From the NCBI RefSeq assembly GCF_006345805.1, contig NW_021836132.1, positions 1 through 64,000 of the forward strand: DNA of 64,000 nt, given 5' to 3'. A program made the position numbers and the translations under genes. The notes under the pieces were generated by a model. The model worked only from the letters and a program-made list of their open reading frames with translations, searched no databases and was not told the origin of the DNA. The number at the start of each line of letters is the position of its first letter. The first letter of the stretch is position 1. This document shows positions 25,503 through 38,453 of the stretch, piece by piece. The DNA is from Octopus sinensis (taxonomy: Eukaryota).

Positions 25503-27930
25503 ATGATTATTCAAAAAAGAAAAATCTTAATGTTATTAGATAACGCTGCTTGCCACAAAATATCGACATTTAGCAACGTTGATTTTTTATTTTTACCAAA
25601 AAATACGATACCAATACTTCAACCATTGGATGCTGGAATCATTAAAAATTTCAAGGATAATTATTTGAATTGTCTAATTGATTTTTTATGTTTTCAAGAC
25701 GACCAGGATTTGTTTATAGAGTCTTTATCCAAATTAAATTTGCGGCAAGTGGCAACAATAATCTCAGATGCTTGGAATAATGTATCCGCGGATATTATTT
25801 ATAACTGCTGGCAAAAGGTTTTTCGACAATCTCCATCAGACTCGAGTTGCATAAATGAATCATCTGAAGAAATATTTAATAATGTTATTGATGAATGTTT
25901 TGATGAAATAGAAGATAATGATCCAAATATCTATGAGAATATAAGCTGCGAACCATCAATATCACAAATTTTAAGTTTGATGGAAAACTTAGAGACAAAC
26001 ATCTTTGATTTGATTCCAAATTCTCTTCATGATTTTTATGAATTCAGAAAGAAAGTGTCGTTAGGAATTAAATATAAATATGGAGAAAAATTAACTGATT
26101 ATTTTAAAAAATAATGTTCTTTTTCTTTATTTATTGAGCTTTTTGAAAAACCTCTTTTTTGGGGAAACCTCTGATTTGAGGCACTTAGTGCCCCATTTAG
26201 AGGTCGGACTGTAGATGTAAAAAAATTCGATAAAAAGATAAACCATTAAAAAACTTTGAGGAATTAAAGAATTTTCATACAATAAAATTTCAATAAATAT
26301 AGAAATAGTAAAGAAATAGGGTCTGTAAAAAAGTCAAAACAAAATTAAATAGTTAAAATGTACAAAAAGATTAAATTATTGTGAAAATAAAACCAATTCA
26401 ATTACAAAATATCGAATATTATAAGAAATTCTGTAAGTCAACAATATATTTAATCAGTTTTAATACAGACTTTAACCATTAGAAAATAAACTTAAAAAAT
26501 AAACAACAACAAAAAGAATTGTAAATAACAACGTGCTAATATTTTATTATAATATATTTAAAATTTCAATTTATTTCTTTCATAATTTATTAGTTATGAA
26601 AAATTAAAAGTCTTAGAAAAGTCTTATTCTATTATTTCATGGTGAAATATTCAAATAAAAAGCTTGCCGTAACCAGTTTATTTTGATTGAGGTACTGTCA
26701 GTCTAACTACAGCAAAGCCCTGCTAGCATGCGATTACGTACTAGACCAACTACAAGCTTTTCAAAAATAACAAAATCAGTATAATTGCGGATGCTTGAGT
26801 ATCCATAACAGGATCTGATTCGGTCATAGTTAGGCGAAACTTTTGTGGCAGTTATTAACCAATTTGCCCTAACTATAAACATAAAAATTGCTTCCCCCAG
26901 TTTTTTTGCCAATCATTTGAATATAAAATTTGAAATGCACCGCATTCACTAAAACTTCAGAGGTAGAAGAAATTATAATGAAACAGCTATGCGTAGTTTA
27001 AACAACCCCCAAAACATATGAAGACGTGGTTAGGACAGAAAAACAAAGATCAGAATGACGTGAGTTCAAATTTACAATCAGATTGACTATATACATGTAA
27101 GAATTAATTGAAATATATATTGGTATTCTGCAAGGCGTCTTCTTATCGCCAATATTCTTTGATAAAAAGTCGTATTTCTATTTTTCAATCTCATCGACAC
27201 AAATAAAAAGTGAATGTATCTCACTAGCTTATACCTTCTGACATAATCAAATGACTTAATTCGAAACTTTGTCAGGAATTCTAATTAAATGACGTATTTT
27301 TTGCAGTCTGTAGCTTTATAATATGTCGCAAAATACGCTTCCAACAATCCCATGCTGTGAATCATGGTGACCTTCATAGTTGACAGGGTTGATATGGTGA
27401 CCTACATAGTCAAACACTAATTACTAACTTTTGTATTCACAATCGATAAATAAATACAATCATATTATTAACTAAAATCACCCTGATCGTATGGCGGAAT
27501 ATAATAACGCATATACATAGAATCAGACGGCTGAGATTTGACAAGCGTGCACGCTAGCGGAGCGTCGCGTTTCTTTTTGTGTTCATTTCTTTCATGAAAC
27601 TAAACCAAATATAAGAGCTATTTATCTGGTCAACGTAGACATCAGATCTGTATCTACAGAAGAATTGTCCCACAATAGTCCCCTGGGGTAACACTCCTAG
27701 GCGGCCACGACTAGAAAGCCAGCAGATCCAAAAAGATCACACCATTACAGACACTAATTACTAACTAAAGTAACCCTGATCGTATGGCGCAATATAATAC
27801 TAAATCAGACAGTCTGGAAAATACAAATCAAAAGTAACTAACATATTAAAACCATCTTAATCTAACCACGTGAAAAACCATAGTTGATAACGTTTAATTA
27901 TAGAGTATTCAAAACAAGAAAGAGAACGAG

Positions 27931-29184
27931 TTAATTTAAGAGTATATTTTTCTCGTAGGGCACCCCAGTGTCACTAGGCTCGAGAGCAGATTTTCTAATC
28001 TTGAAATTTTCATACATAGCACTGACAAGATCAGTAACGACAATATCCGTAGAATTATGTGAAATAAGTCTCATGGCAAAAACCCCATCAGACCTCAAAT
28101 AGTTGAGGACAAAGTCCCTAAGAGTGGAATACATATCCCCCTCATCAATCAGTTCATCCCGAATGTGCTTCCTGATGTAGTTAATACTGTCACTTTTGAA
28201 CAGCGAATACCAAACCCACTTGCACAAACTAAAGGCATTGAAACAGACTGCCATTATCAGCCAAAACCAATAAAATGCAAAAATTGCCTCTGAGAATAAA
28301 TTTATCGACAACACACATTGCACTGTGTATCGATGACCTATGACTTCATATCCCATCTCCCTCACGTTAAAGTCACACAATGTGATTCGTGGGAAGTAAT
28401 AGGACCCCTTAAAACTTTCCCCATTTATGAAATTCTGGACCAATCTGATTCCATACCCATTTACTACTCCATTTGACAAAAGCATGTCGATCAATATGAA
28501 CTGTGCCACTGTATTTAATAGGTACATGCTCTTTGTGGTAACGTACAACAATGTGATGTAGTTTCCGTACTTCCGGCCTGTACAAACGCAGGCAGCCCGC
28601 ATTATTTCCTTCACAAAATCAACCCTCCTGGTGTTAGGCCTGTTCCACCGCTTCCTCATCTCCAAATAACGGTCAAAATGTTTAGTAAGCATCTTCACAC
28701 AGTTGTCCTTAGTGTCCATATTCCCTGCATCGATGTACTGGATTGATATGTTTATTATGTTGTCCAAATTCATTCCACTGCTCTCGTTATTCGCCCTCCA
28801 AAATAAACATGGGAGTTGGTAAAAAAGTGCCAATCCGAGTAGAATGAAAGGCATCCATTGGTAGTACCGCAGTTGAGGCTTGTCCTTCAGGCTGTTGGTC
28901 TCGGGGACCATTTCGTCCATGGATATGTAGTAAGTGTTCTTTACCCAGCAGATGTTGCTTGTATAACGAATATAATTTCCTAATTAATTTGTTATTAATT
29001 AATTTAAACCTGTGAATTGTGCTGGGCACCAACATTCTATTGGTTCGCCGACATATTGTTTGGTGGTGACCACAACTGCGAATAAAATTAGAAGCATGGA
29101 TGTGTAGATGTGGTTGAGACGGTCTGTCGCGTCGTCGTCCTTTCGGTTCCCTGCACTGCTCCTTATCACGTTTAAGAGATCCAT
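27931..29184 (-). CDS. inx: Innexin (gap-junction protein), two coding exons
   Basis: DDDATDRLNHIYTS, KQYVGEPIECWCPAQFT|G, YYQWMPFIL, YFPRITLCDF and QCVLSINLFSE..F.WFW; 30-nt intron at 28980-29009. Confidence 0.95.
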
Positions 29185-30029
29185 CTGGCAGAAGAAATGC
29201 GCAACAAAGTGTATTTATATGAAAATAAATCGTTAATTGATATTAAATCAATTTACAAAATAATCTTATTAATTTATTTAAAAAATTACTTTTTTTGGCA
29301 AATAATACTAAAAACATTTCATTTGGGAAGAGATTTTATTTATGTTTTAAATTTGTATAAAAATTGATTATTTTGCACGTTTTAAATTTCCCCGCAAATC
29401 GATATTAAAATTCAATAAAGAATTTTTTATATAAACAATGATCTTCAATATGAATTTGATTTCTTTTCATGGACTTGGTAGAGCATCGAGAAAGTGCATT
29501 CTGAATATCAGAAAGTGACTAGATTAATTATTTATGTTTTAAATCCGTATAAAAATTGATTATTTTGCACTTTTCAACTTTTCCTCAACTCGATATTAAA
29601 ATGCAATTAAAAATTGATTTTTCAATTTCTTATTCAAAGTTCAATAATTTATCAAGATTAATGTTAATTAACTATAAAATCGTTATTTTGATAAAAAAGT
29701 GTAATTAAGTGTATTTAAATGTAGATTTATGTAAATAAATTATACAAATTTACTCATATTTAATTTCAGTTTTATATTTTTGAAATTTAAAATTCTGAAA
29801 GTTTTTCCCGGAGCTGAAATTTAGACAAAACCGAATCTCTTAACATTTTAAAAGCAAATTATTTACAAATTCTATAAAAGAATTTTTTAAATAAATTAAT
29901 GACCCATCAATACGAATTTGATTTTCTTTTCTTCGACTCGGCAAACCATCAAGAAAGTTGTAATCTGAATATCAGAAAGTTTAAAAAAAGAAAGTGACAA
30001 GATTAATTAGTTTGAAAGCTATCAGGAAG

Positions 30030-30452
30030 AACTTATTCAAAGTACTCGTGTGGTTGTTAATGACAAACCGTCCAATTTCATCACACATTGAATGTGGTTG
30101 TCTGGTGTAAATCCAATTTTGTGGATATACAGTCAAACCCTTCTAAACCGACTTCCTGGTATATCGGAATTCCTTTACAACATGACTTAACTTCTGACTC
30201 CGATTCACCTCATGGACTATCACTGCTATTTCACTAAGTATTTGAAGATCGGAAAACTTTTCCGTTTTGTCCCAATCTCGATAGAGAAGTATGGCGTAGT
30301 GGGTTTCAAAGCTGTGGAATTTCTTAAGGAAATAGGGACGATGTGGACTAAACAATAAAGAGACAGTCACGAGGGATATTGGCTTCGCCAACACATTGAA
30401 ATTGCAGTTCTTCGTGACAAGAAACATGCAATACTGGCTGCCGGTGCGTGAC
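30030..30452 (+). mobile_element. CRE-like non-LTR retrotransposon REL C-terminal fragment
   Basis: YWLRQHIEIAVLR terminal motif with preceding degenerate KY/FVP-type region; homologous to 32357-32720 and 42200-42505. Confidence 0.55.
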
Positions 30453-30499
30453 AATTTAATTATTGCTTAAATGTGTTTATTGTACCAAATGAAAACAAA

Positions 30500-30765
30500 T
30501 TAAGTTAGGAATGGGCAGAGGGGAAACTCTGGGGGGCTAAAGCACGCACCCTCCTGCGGAAAGTACCGCATGCGTGTTGCCACGGAGAATAGCGATGAAT
30601 ATCCGCTGCAATAGCTACGAAACCTCCCGTGGCTCTTTCATCCTGTGAGCCAGTTTCCTCCCGATGTCGCTGATGAAGGCCGAGGTAAGAGGCCCGGCGA
30701 CGCCCGATGTCTCCAAAGCGATTGGTACGAAAATAAAGCGGCGTCCAAGTTCTTGGTATTTTTTA
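30500..30765 (-). mobile_element. CRE-like REL C-terminal fragment on the minus strand, tail-to-tail with the previous fragment
   Basis: Reverse strand reads QELGRRFIFVPIALETSGVAGPLTSAFISDIGRKLA..PREVS*LLQRIFIAILRGNTHAV. Confidence 0.8.
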
Positions 30766-31949
30766 ATTTTGGTCGTCTCAGCCTTTTTCGCAGCGGACCC
30801 GGGGAAATTGCTTAAATTGATAAATTTTTCAAAAATTTAAAAAATGAACAAAAAATTTAGATTCTTGTTTTAACAACACTTTTTTATGTAATTAAAGTTG
30901 ATTGACTGTTAACTCAATCATATGATTAATTTCTCAAACTCTTGTTTTTAACCCAAAGATGGCCTTTTTACATTCTTGTAGACAATTCATTCGAACAACC
31001 TCATTTCCGTCAGAATACTTCATATTAGGAAATTCGGGATATTTATAGCAGGAACGTGCATAAAAAAGTCGATGGACTGTTTTTATTGCTCTACTGTACA
31101 TGCAGTAAGGTTCTACGTTTTGAAGCACTTTGGTATTTGAAGTAGAATTTGTTTACATTATTTAGTAAATAGATCTTTGCAGATTTGTTCATATTTTTAT
31201 AAATTCTACGCATTTCAGCGATACAGCAATATTTGAATAAGAATTTTATAATCGTTAATGAGTAAGTTTCATCTTCTACTTGAAAAACACTGTCAGAATG
31301 AGGAAAAAGTTCAAATATGCTTTGGTGCTTAAATCCGATAAGAAAAGCAGTTGTATGGCCCAAAAATGCTGAATATATTTTTTCTCGTAACTCGCGAGTT
31401 TGGATCATCTAAAATCTTGCAGTAATTATGCATCCATAGCTGTGAGTAAAAAGGGCAACATGCACGTTATAAGTTGTTTTTCATCTGATCTTAAAATGAA
31501 TAAACGGTGTTCAAGATTAGCACCTAGATAATCTGACCCGAAAGTCGTAAGAAATCTCATTTAATAGTCAGACCTCTTTAATTTACCACCTCTCTGATTT
31601 GCCACTGACATTCTGTTTTTTTCTATTTTTACCATCTTTCTATTTTTACCACTTTTTTCAGGTTTATTTAAATTTTTTATTAATTAATTTAGTGCTTAAT
31701 TATTGATGTTAATTACTGTCAAAACAAGTGTTTGAATTCGTTGCACGTTGTTCTTGCGGTTCGTGATTATATCATTGTTCTATCATTGTATTTCATTTTC
31801 CTGGACTGGTGCCCCAGCCAATATAAGTCTATTCTTACATTTTAAAATCTTGAAAGCCCGGGAAATCTATTGTATTTAAAAATAACATAATAAACTTTAT
31901 TATTTGGATTTCTTACGACATGTCTTTTATCCAATATACAAAAGTCCCA

Positions 31950-32720
31950 CTCAATCTGAAAAACACTTTGAATGAACGTGTCAGTATCAAAATAGTCGAA
32001 GGTGACGTCCTCTGATGTACGACCTCGCCCAAATCACGTACCCTGCCGATCGTCTGCACAAACTACTTTACTCTTTCAATAGTTATATTTGGAACATTTC
32101 TCATCAAATCTGCAAGTGGACTTCATCAATGTGATTCTTTTTAGGAACTTTTATTCTCTCTAAATTCAAAAAAACCGAAAAATCATGGATGTTAATTTAT
32201 GGTCTCTGGAGGATCTAAAAAACCCCTAAAAACATCCTGGGAACGCTCGAATCACTTTTTAAAATTTTTAAACTTGAATTCAGCTATCGTTAACATCAAT
32301 ACAGACGAATCTATCTTGTCCACGCTATTCCCGTTCAAGGGGGGACTCGCTCTCGTTTGGGACGTCACCTGTGTCGACTCGTTTTCCTCGTCATTTCTCA
32401 TGGACTCTGCCTCCCGCCCTGGCTCAGCCTCCGCACATGCCGAAGCAAAAAAATAACAAAGTATGCCTCATTGGAGAACACCTGCCTTTTCGTCCCTTTG
32501 GCTTTCGGGACGAGCGGGATAATCGGCCCAAAAGCTCTGGAGTTCCTTTCGGAAATCGGCTTGATGATCTCAAGGAAGAATCACGAGAGACGTGAGTCTA
32601 GCTGGCTTTTTCAGCGCATTTCGCTCGCGATATTGCCTGTTTATTCGCTCGTCCTCTCAATCCAAGAATTAACGTGGATCATTTTATTATTATTACTGTT
32701 ATCTAAAAAAATCTATCTTT
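31950..32720 (+). mobile_element. CRE-like non-LTR retrotransposon fragments
   Basis: VSIKIVEGDV; PFKGGLALVWDVTCVDSF..PGSASAHAEAKK, then KYASL..FVPLAFGTSG..SWLFQRISLAI. Confidence 0.8.
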
Positions 32721-32828
32721 AAGAAGTGGAATACTGAATTCAACATACTGCTGTTTGGATGGACTTTCTCACTAACGAACTTCTTATCAATCCCAAAGCT
32801 AACCTATAAGAGACGGAACCACGCCGGA

Positions 32829-33054
32829 GGCGGAACCTGGAGGCGGAATTTTTCAAATTTTTTTTTTAAAATTAAAATTGTACACTAAAATATTTATTAA
32901 AACACTCAAATATACATTTTTTGCTCAACTTTATTTCACTTTTTCCCAAAGTGAAAAACTAACCCTAACCGTAACCCTAAACCTAAATGATTTTCCAATG
33001 AAAATTAAAACAAAAAATTATTGTTTATTAAAAATTCCGCCTCCAGGTTCCGCC
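32829..33054. mobile_element. MITE-like element with 25-bp inverted repeats and an internal telomere-like tract
   Basis: GGCGGAACCTGGAGGCGGAATTTTT at 32829 and its reverse complement ending at 33054; internal AACCCTAACCGTAACCCTAAACCTAA near 32961. Confidence 0.65.
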
Positions 33055-33119
33055 TTTTACCTGTCACATAGTGCTATAAAAAAATCAATTTACTATAAGA
33101 TTACGCTGAATTTATAAAA

Positions 33120-34283
33120 ATCTGGCAGGAAGCATTCTTTGTTCTGATACACGTGCATGGTGTCAAAATATCCTAGCAATTTCTTGTAGAGATTAGTTTG
33201 GCCACTCCAATTGACTCAGCGCCCGAGGAATAGATCCTCTCGTCCAGAAAGATGATTGACATTGTTCTTTCTCAATGCAATACATAGAGAATATTTTTTG
33301 ATATTGATGCTTGGCTTGCTGCTTGTGGAAAACTGGGGCTGTCTATTTCATCTAATTATTAGATGGATTAAATGAAGCCATAAAATAAAGACAGCTACTT
33401 TGCTTAGAAGTAGCTTGGATGAAATTTTACCCCTGTAAGACAACTGGCTGGCTTCTGGACGACAAATCAGTGAGAATCGGAATCTGCCTCGGCTTGTCCT
33501 TTTCGGCTAAACAAAAATGTTTTTTGGCCGACGAGTTTAGCCAACATTCCCTCTCATGTCGCAGCAGAATTTGACGCTTCTCACGACACGCCGAACTAAA
33601 CCAGATTGTCTGTCGGTCTCTCTGAAGATCGACTTTCAACTGAATCATGCAGGGATCTTTGCCGAAGACGGGAGAAGATCTGACAGGATGAAAACGTTTC
33701 CATTTCTAAAGTGTCTAATCTGGGAAGTCATTTACGTAAACTTCTATTTTCCCCAGAACATAAAATCGGAGGATTGGCTCGATAATAGATAAAGTAATCG
33801 GGGACCTATCTGAGCACCGGTATTTAGACGAACGAATCTCTTTAGCTATAGACAGGACAATGCCCTCCTATTCGCCAATAAACATTTCTGGTTTGATGTA
33901 ATTAAGTCACGTTAATAAAGCTCCTAAGAAATATATAATTTTATCTTTTGGGTTTTAGTCATAAATTCTTTTAGTGATTTAAATAATAATAATAATAATA
34001 TCGCGAAAGATTTAATATTAAACCAAAAACAAAAATTAAACAAAAATTAATTGATATTCTCTCTTCTCTTAGGGGAACTACTCCGTTGACCGGTCATGTC
34101 TTGACACCTCTCCTCTTCGTATTGCAGTAAGAAAGCAGACTCCTCTGGCAAGTCAACTGACACTCCCAGTTCTTCTCCTCTAGCGATAAGACTATCCGTT
34201 TCCTTCTCAATTTGGTAGTTGTCGACCTTCATGCCATGTTTGTATTCAACGACCATGCTCTCCAGGGTTTTCTTGATTGTCAC
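33120..34283 (-). pseudogene. Degenerate host-gene remnant, possibly the KDM5/JARID1 PLU-1/PHD region
   Basis: SLIARGEELGVSVDLPE and RCSDRSPITLSIIEPIL loosely resemble KDM5 PLU-1 and post-PHD segments. Several stops; weak similarity only. Confidence 0.3.
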
Positions 34284-34363
34284 TGATTGAATGTACGCGA
34301 AATATACATAATCGATATAAACTTGTGATTATTCAAATGGTTATATTTCATCAGTCGTTCATC

Positions 34364-34960
34364 TTATAACTCATCTGTGCCTTCCACTCTCAAACCCTCA
34401 GAAGAAGAAATTAGAATTTCATTCAAATTATTCGGGAAGAGCAGCAGCTGCAGCGGACTCGATGGATTACGCCCGGGCCATATCAAGAACCTCTCTTTGA
34501 CTGGAGAGGCAGGCAATACCCTGATATCCGCTATAACCCCTCTAGTCGGTAGGATATTGAGCGGTGAGATCTCCAACTTTGCGAGGAACATGGTCTTCTC
34601 GGTACATCTATTTGCATTAAGCAGTTGGAAATTACTTCCGCCGCTTGAAGCCTTTCTTTTCTAACGGAGCACTTAGTTCTCTCCACGTAGCTATGAAACT
34701 AGATTTACGCAATGCTTTTAACAGTGTGTGGACGCTTGTTTTAAAAGGGCTTCGGAAATCGCCCAGTTGGTTTTGCTTTTTTACGGAGAAGAAAGCACGT
34801 TTATCTTCGGGAACCAAGTCGTTTACTCACGGACAGGAATTCAGCAGGGCGACCCATTCGGGAAGCTTTTCTTCGTTCTGGCAATCGATGATGCCGTACA
34901 CTCCTTAAACTCTACTTTCAATTTATGGTAATGGGATGATGAACTTTTGAATATCAACTA
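34364..34960 (+). mobile_element. CRE-like reverse transcriptase fragment
   Basis: SGLDGLRPGHIK, KLDLRNAFNSV and GIQQGDPFGKLFF motifs, frameshifted. Confidence 0.8.
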
Positions 34961-35263
34961 TCCTCAGGAAAATTTTTTCGATTTGAGAAAATAAATAACC
35001 GATCTCATCTCCGGAGTTCAGACTACCATGCCGAAACTGCTATACACGATCCGCTGCGTGCCATGCTACTCTCATCCTGACATGTTATCTCCCATGGAAA
35101 CCTCCCTCAACGGGGTCTTTTTGGATGAAGAGACCTTCCGGATCTGAGTTGCTCTCCGGTTTTTGTTAAGCTAGAAAATTTTTCGAATGATGCTTAGTTG
35201 TATTGAAGACAATTGAAAACATACTAAAAAAGGAACGGAAAAAAGAAAAACAACATTATTAAA

Positions 35264-36524
35264 TGTCACCGTCCAGACCGGCCGAGGCGCCAGATCGGTC
35301 AGGTCAATTATCTAAATACAAAACAAATATTTTTCCTACAAAACATTTCATCGCAAAAAAATATTGATAATAAAAAAATAAAATCTTATTAATAAAAAAG
35401 TTATAAAAAGTTGAAAAGATTAGCATTAATCAATGGTTTTAGTTGAATTAATTCGAGACACCCTCGAAAAAATTAGGGAGTATTTGGAATCAGGCCACCT
35501 TGATGATTCCTTGAGTTCGGAAGAAAGGGCACGAATACGGAGATATGCAAAAAATTTAGTTTCAAGGAGAACAACACCTACATTTCTAAAAATGGCTCAA
35601 AGTTGCGTTTTTTTGTATCGAAGACACTGAACTTAAGTTAAAATTCATTGAAGTAGTGTATTTGTTTATTTAAATTAGGCTCAACACAATCTTAATCACT
35701 TTGGACGTGATAAATTTAATTTATACAAACAAGACAAAAATTACAGATAGCTAAGTTAGTTAAAGGCCTCACAAATTGTACAGTTTATTGACACTCATAT
35801 TGTAAAATCGGGAGAAAAAATGAAAAGGCGGAGAAAATGGAAATATGATGAAGCTGAAAGTGGCGATGAAATTTTAATACGCCATGATGGGGATGCAAAC
35901 CCGGGTAATAGAAAATACCCATTATACGACGAGATATCTGCACAAAAATATATTGTGAAAATTAGGGATCGAGAACTCGTAACGATAATTAATGAAGAGG
36001 ATGAAAAAGATCAAAGGATACATATTACCAGAGTAAAAAAACTTTAACTGCAAATATTCATGGGGTTCGTTCTGTGTTTTTTCTTGTGTCATATTTACCT
36101 AATTGTGAAATAATTGTCCCATTGTTACAAATTCGACGCGGCCGAAGGCCGCATAGGGAAAAATATTCACATTGAATCATCCGGCCGTAGGCCGGATTGT
36201 ATTTTAAAGTTTTAATGATACAAATAGAAATTTACAACATTTTTAAAAATTAAAAATGGATTTTTCTAATAAACTTTATTGTTGAGAATTGTTTGGCTAA
36301 CCTTGGTTAAAGCGTTTTTAAATAAAATGCAAAATCAATACGGTAATTATCTGGAAATGACTGATGTTGGTTTTTTATGAACTCGTAACTTCAATATTTT
36401 GGCAAAAATAATATTAAAATCAACGAAAGAATGAACAGAAAAAGAAAATAACTTCCGAAAGGTAGTTTTATTAAAAATTTTATACATAACCGATCTGGCG
36501 CCCCGACCTATCTGGACGGTGACA
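35264..36524 (+). mobile_element. Non-autonomous Ginger-like element (internal deletion derivative)
   Basis: TIRs TGTCACCGTCCAGA..GGCGCCAGATCGGT at both ends; TSD TTAAA at 35259-35263 and 36525-36529. Retains integrase N-terminus, HNLNHFGRDK after a 26-nt intron (35653-35678), and a C-terminal GDEILIRHD segment; the DDE core is absent. Confidence 0.88.
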
Positions 36525-36839
36525 TTAAATTATCTAACGGTTTTTACGAAAAATGTGCTCAAATAAAAACTTATTTTCTTTATTTTGACAAAAAATAACA
36601 AACTAATTAAAAAAGAAGATGAGAGGACATTCAAGCTTTAAACCTCCTTTCTTATCACTTCTCTTTTTTGCAACTATTTTGGTTGGTCCCGTTAGTGGCA
36701 ATAAATAGAGGGCTGATTGCATTTATAAAACTATTTTCAAAAATTTAGAACTTTAGGAACTGGTAAAAAATAACCAAATTAGGCTATTAATGGCGTTTAT
36801 ATTCCCAGAATAAATGGGCACTAAAATCGTAATTCAATT

Positions 36840-38453
36840 ATGTTTAAAACATTATTTATTTTTTTCGTCAGCTGTCTATTTTCATCTCTTTCTGTCAAGA
36901 TTTCTGTACAGGTCAAAAGAGCCTTTCAGACACAAGTCAAATTGTACAAACAACAGCTGGAACTGATCAATCTAACTCGTAACTTTTCTCACATTGTACA
37001 TCTCATGTACGTGGGGCCCTACATTGGTGAATGTCTGTAATGATTTTTAGCTCATCAAAAGTTCAACCCATTTGACCCCCGAGTTGGAGATGGAATCGAT
37101 CTCATCAAAAATTTTTCCAGTATAATCAAAAACACGACTGGAAATCTTAAAGACATGCTCTTGGCTGAAATTGAAGATCACAAAGTTCTTAAAAAATCTA
37201 AATCTTTTATCGAGAATTCACTAACTTACAAAATTGGACTTTTTGCGGGAAAAGCAGTCCACAAAACAGCTCGATGGCACTTTTCAAAATACAAATTGGA
37301 CTCATGTCCCAATCAAAGGACAGCTTTTCCCGCTAATACAGTTGATCAAATCTTTACTCTTGTTATTATTTTATATTCATTTATAGCTGGAAGACAATTG
37401 TAGAAATTCAGCTCTGAATTGTTTGATTTTCATGTCGACCTTACTTTCGATGCGAGAAGTAAACAGCTACAAAACTTATCGTCAAATATTTTCACTTTTT
37501 GACCTTTCAAATCCCAAATTGGATAAAGATAGCTTAAAGAAATTCTTCGATCTCCAGGATTCTCTATTTGCTTCAGCACGAGAGAGAAATGTTTCCATGA
37601 CTTATTCAGAAGAATTTAAGGTTATTGTTAATCCATCATTTTAGTTGCTTGTCCGAGCTCGTTACTACCTGTGTTGGTACACGATAAGAAACGACGAGGC
37701 AATGCGGATGCCTTCCTCTGAGTTTTGTTCGCTAATTTTTGCGGAAGACGAACATCTTCGAGTTGGAGATTTTCGAATCAAACCAGAAAATGAATTTTCA
37801 TGTGCAGAACGGTGGTTCTGTCCCGACATTTGTTATGGGACCATCGAACCAAAAGTACTCGAGGACGAGGAAAGAGTTCTCAGTTTAGAAAATGACTTGT
37901 GTGGGTATATTTATTCCTTCATTCCAGAAATAACGAATACGACGAACACTACATTGATACAGCCCACGAAATGTATGCATATATTCTAATCTGGTCAAAG
38001 TATTAGGAAACATCGTGCTTGCAGTCTCCAATACAACCCAGAAATTAACCTGAAGAATATTATTAGCAATAAATTGACTCATACCTGCGAATGTGAGAAG
38101 GGTTTTAAATGGAATAAAAATGTATTAATGTCTTTTATATGTAGATTCATGCATGTTTTGACATTGATGAATGCTCGACTAATCTCCACGATTGTCCATT
38201 GGGGAAAATATGTCGAAACACGAATGGGTCGTACATTTGTGTCTGTCCTTTTGGGTTTTTGATTGATCCTATCAGTGGGGATTGCATTCTCGCCTCAGGG
38301 CTGGAAAAACATCAAATCCACGAGTTTCCTGCCGCTCCGCCTATTTTGTACTTCAATGACGAAGAAAATCTTTCGCTCTTTGAAAATTTATTGATTCTCA
38401 CTGGAATAAGGGATTTTCTGGAGTCTCTTGACTTTTTGTATACAAAAACTTAA
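36840..38453 (+). CDS. Secreted protein with a calcium-binding EGF domain (multi-exon; internal boundaries approximate)
   Basis: Hydrophobic N-terminus MFKTLFIFFVSCLFSSLS; C-terminal CECEKGFKWN|..CFDIDECSTNLHDCPLGKICRNTNGSYICVCPFGF cbEGF consensus; micro-introns. Confidence 0.72.

Larger units (their letters stand above)
22855..26211 (+). mobile_element. pogo/Tigger element interrupted by a Ginger-like insertion
   Basis: TIRs CAGTCCGACCTCTAATTGGGGC / GCCCCATTTAGAGGTCGGACTG with TA at 22853-22854 and 26212-26213. The transposase reads KNAWMTRDIF..NEKM|IIQKRKILMLLDNAACH across the insertion. Confidence 0.92.

Noticed and set aside
30666-30700. Hammerhead ribozyme core (CTGATGA followed by a GGCC stem)
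   Set aside because: No GAAA follows stem II, and the sequence is explained as the antisense of a CRE REL coding fragment.
30934-31560. Minus-strand ORF fragments as a gene
   Set aside because: Multiple stops and no recognisable motif; left unassigned.
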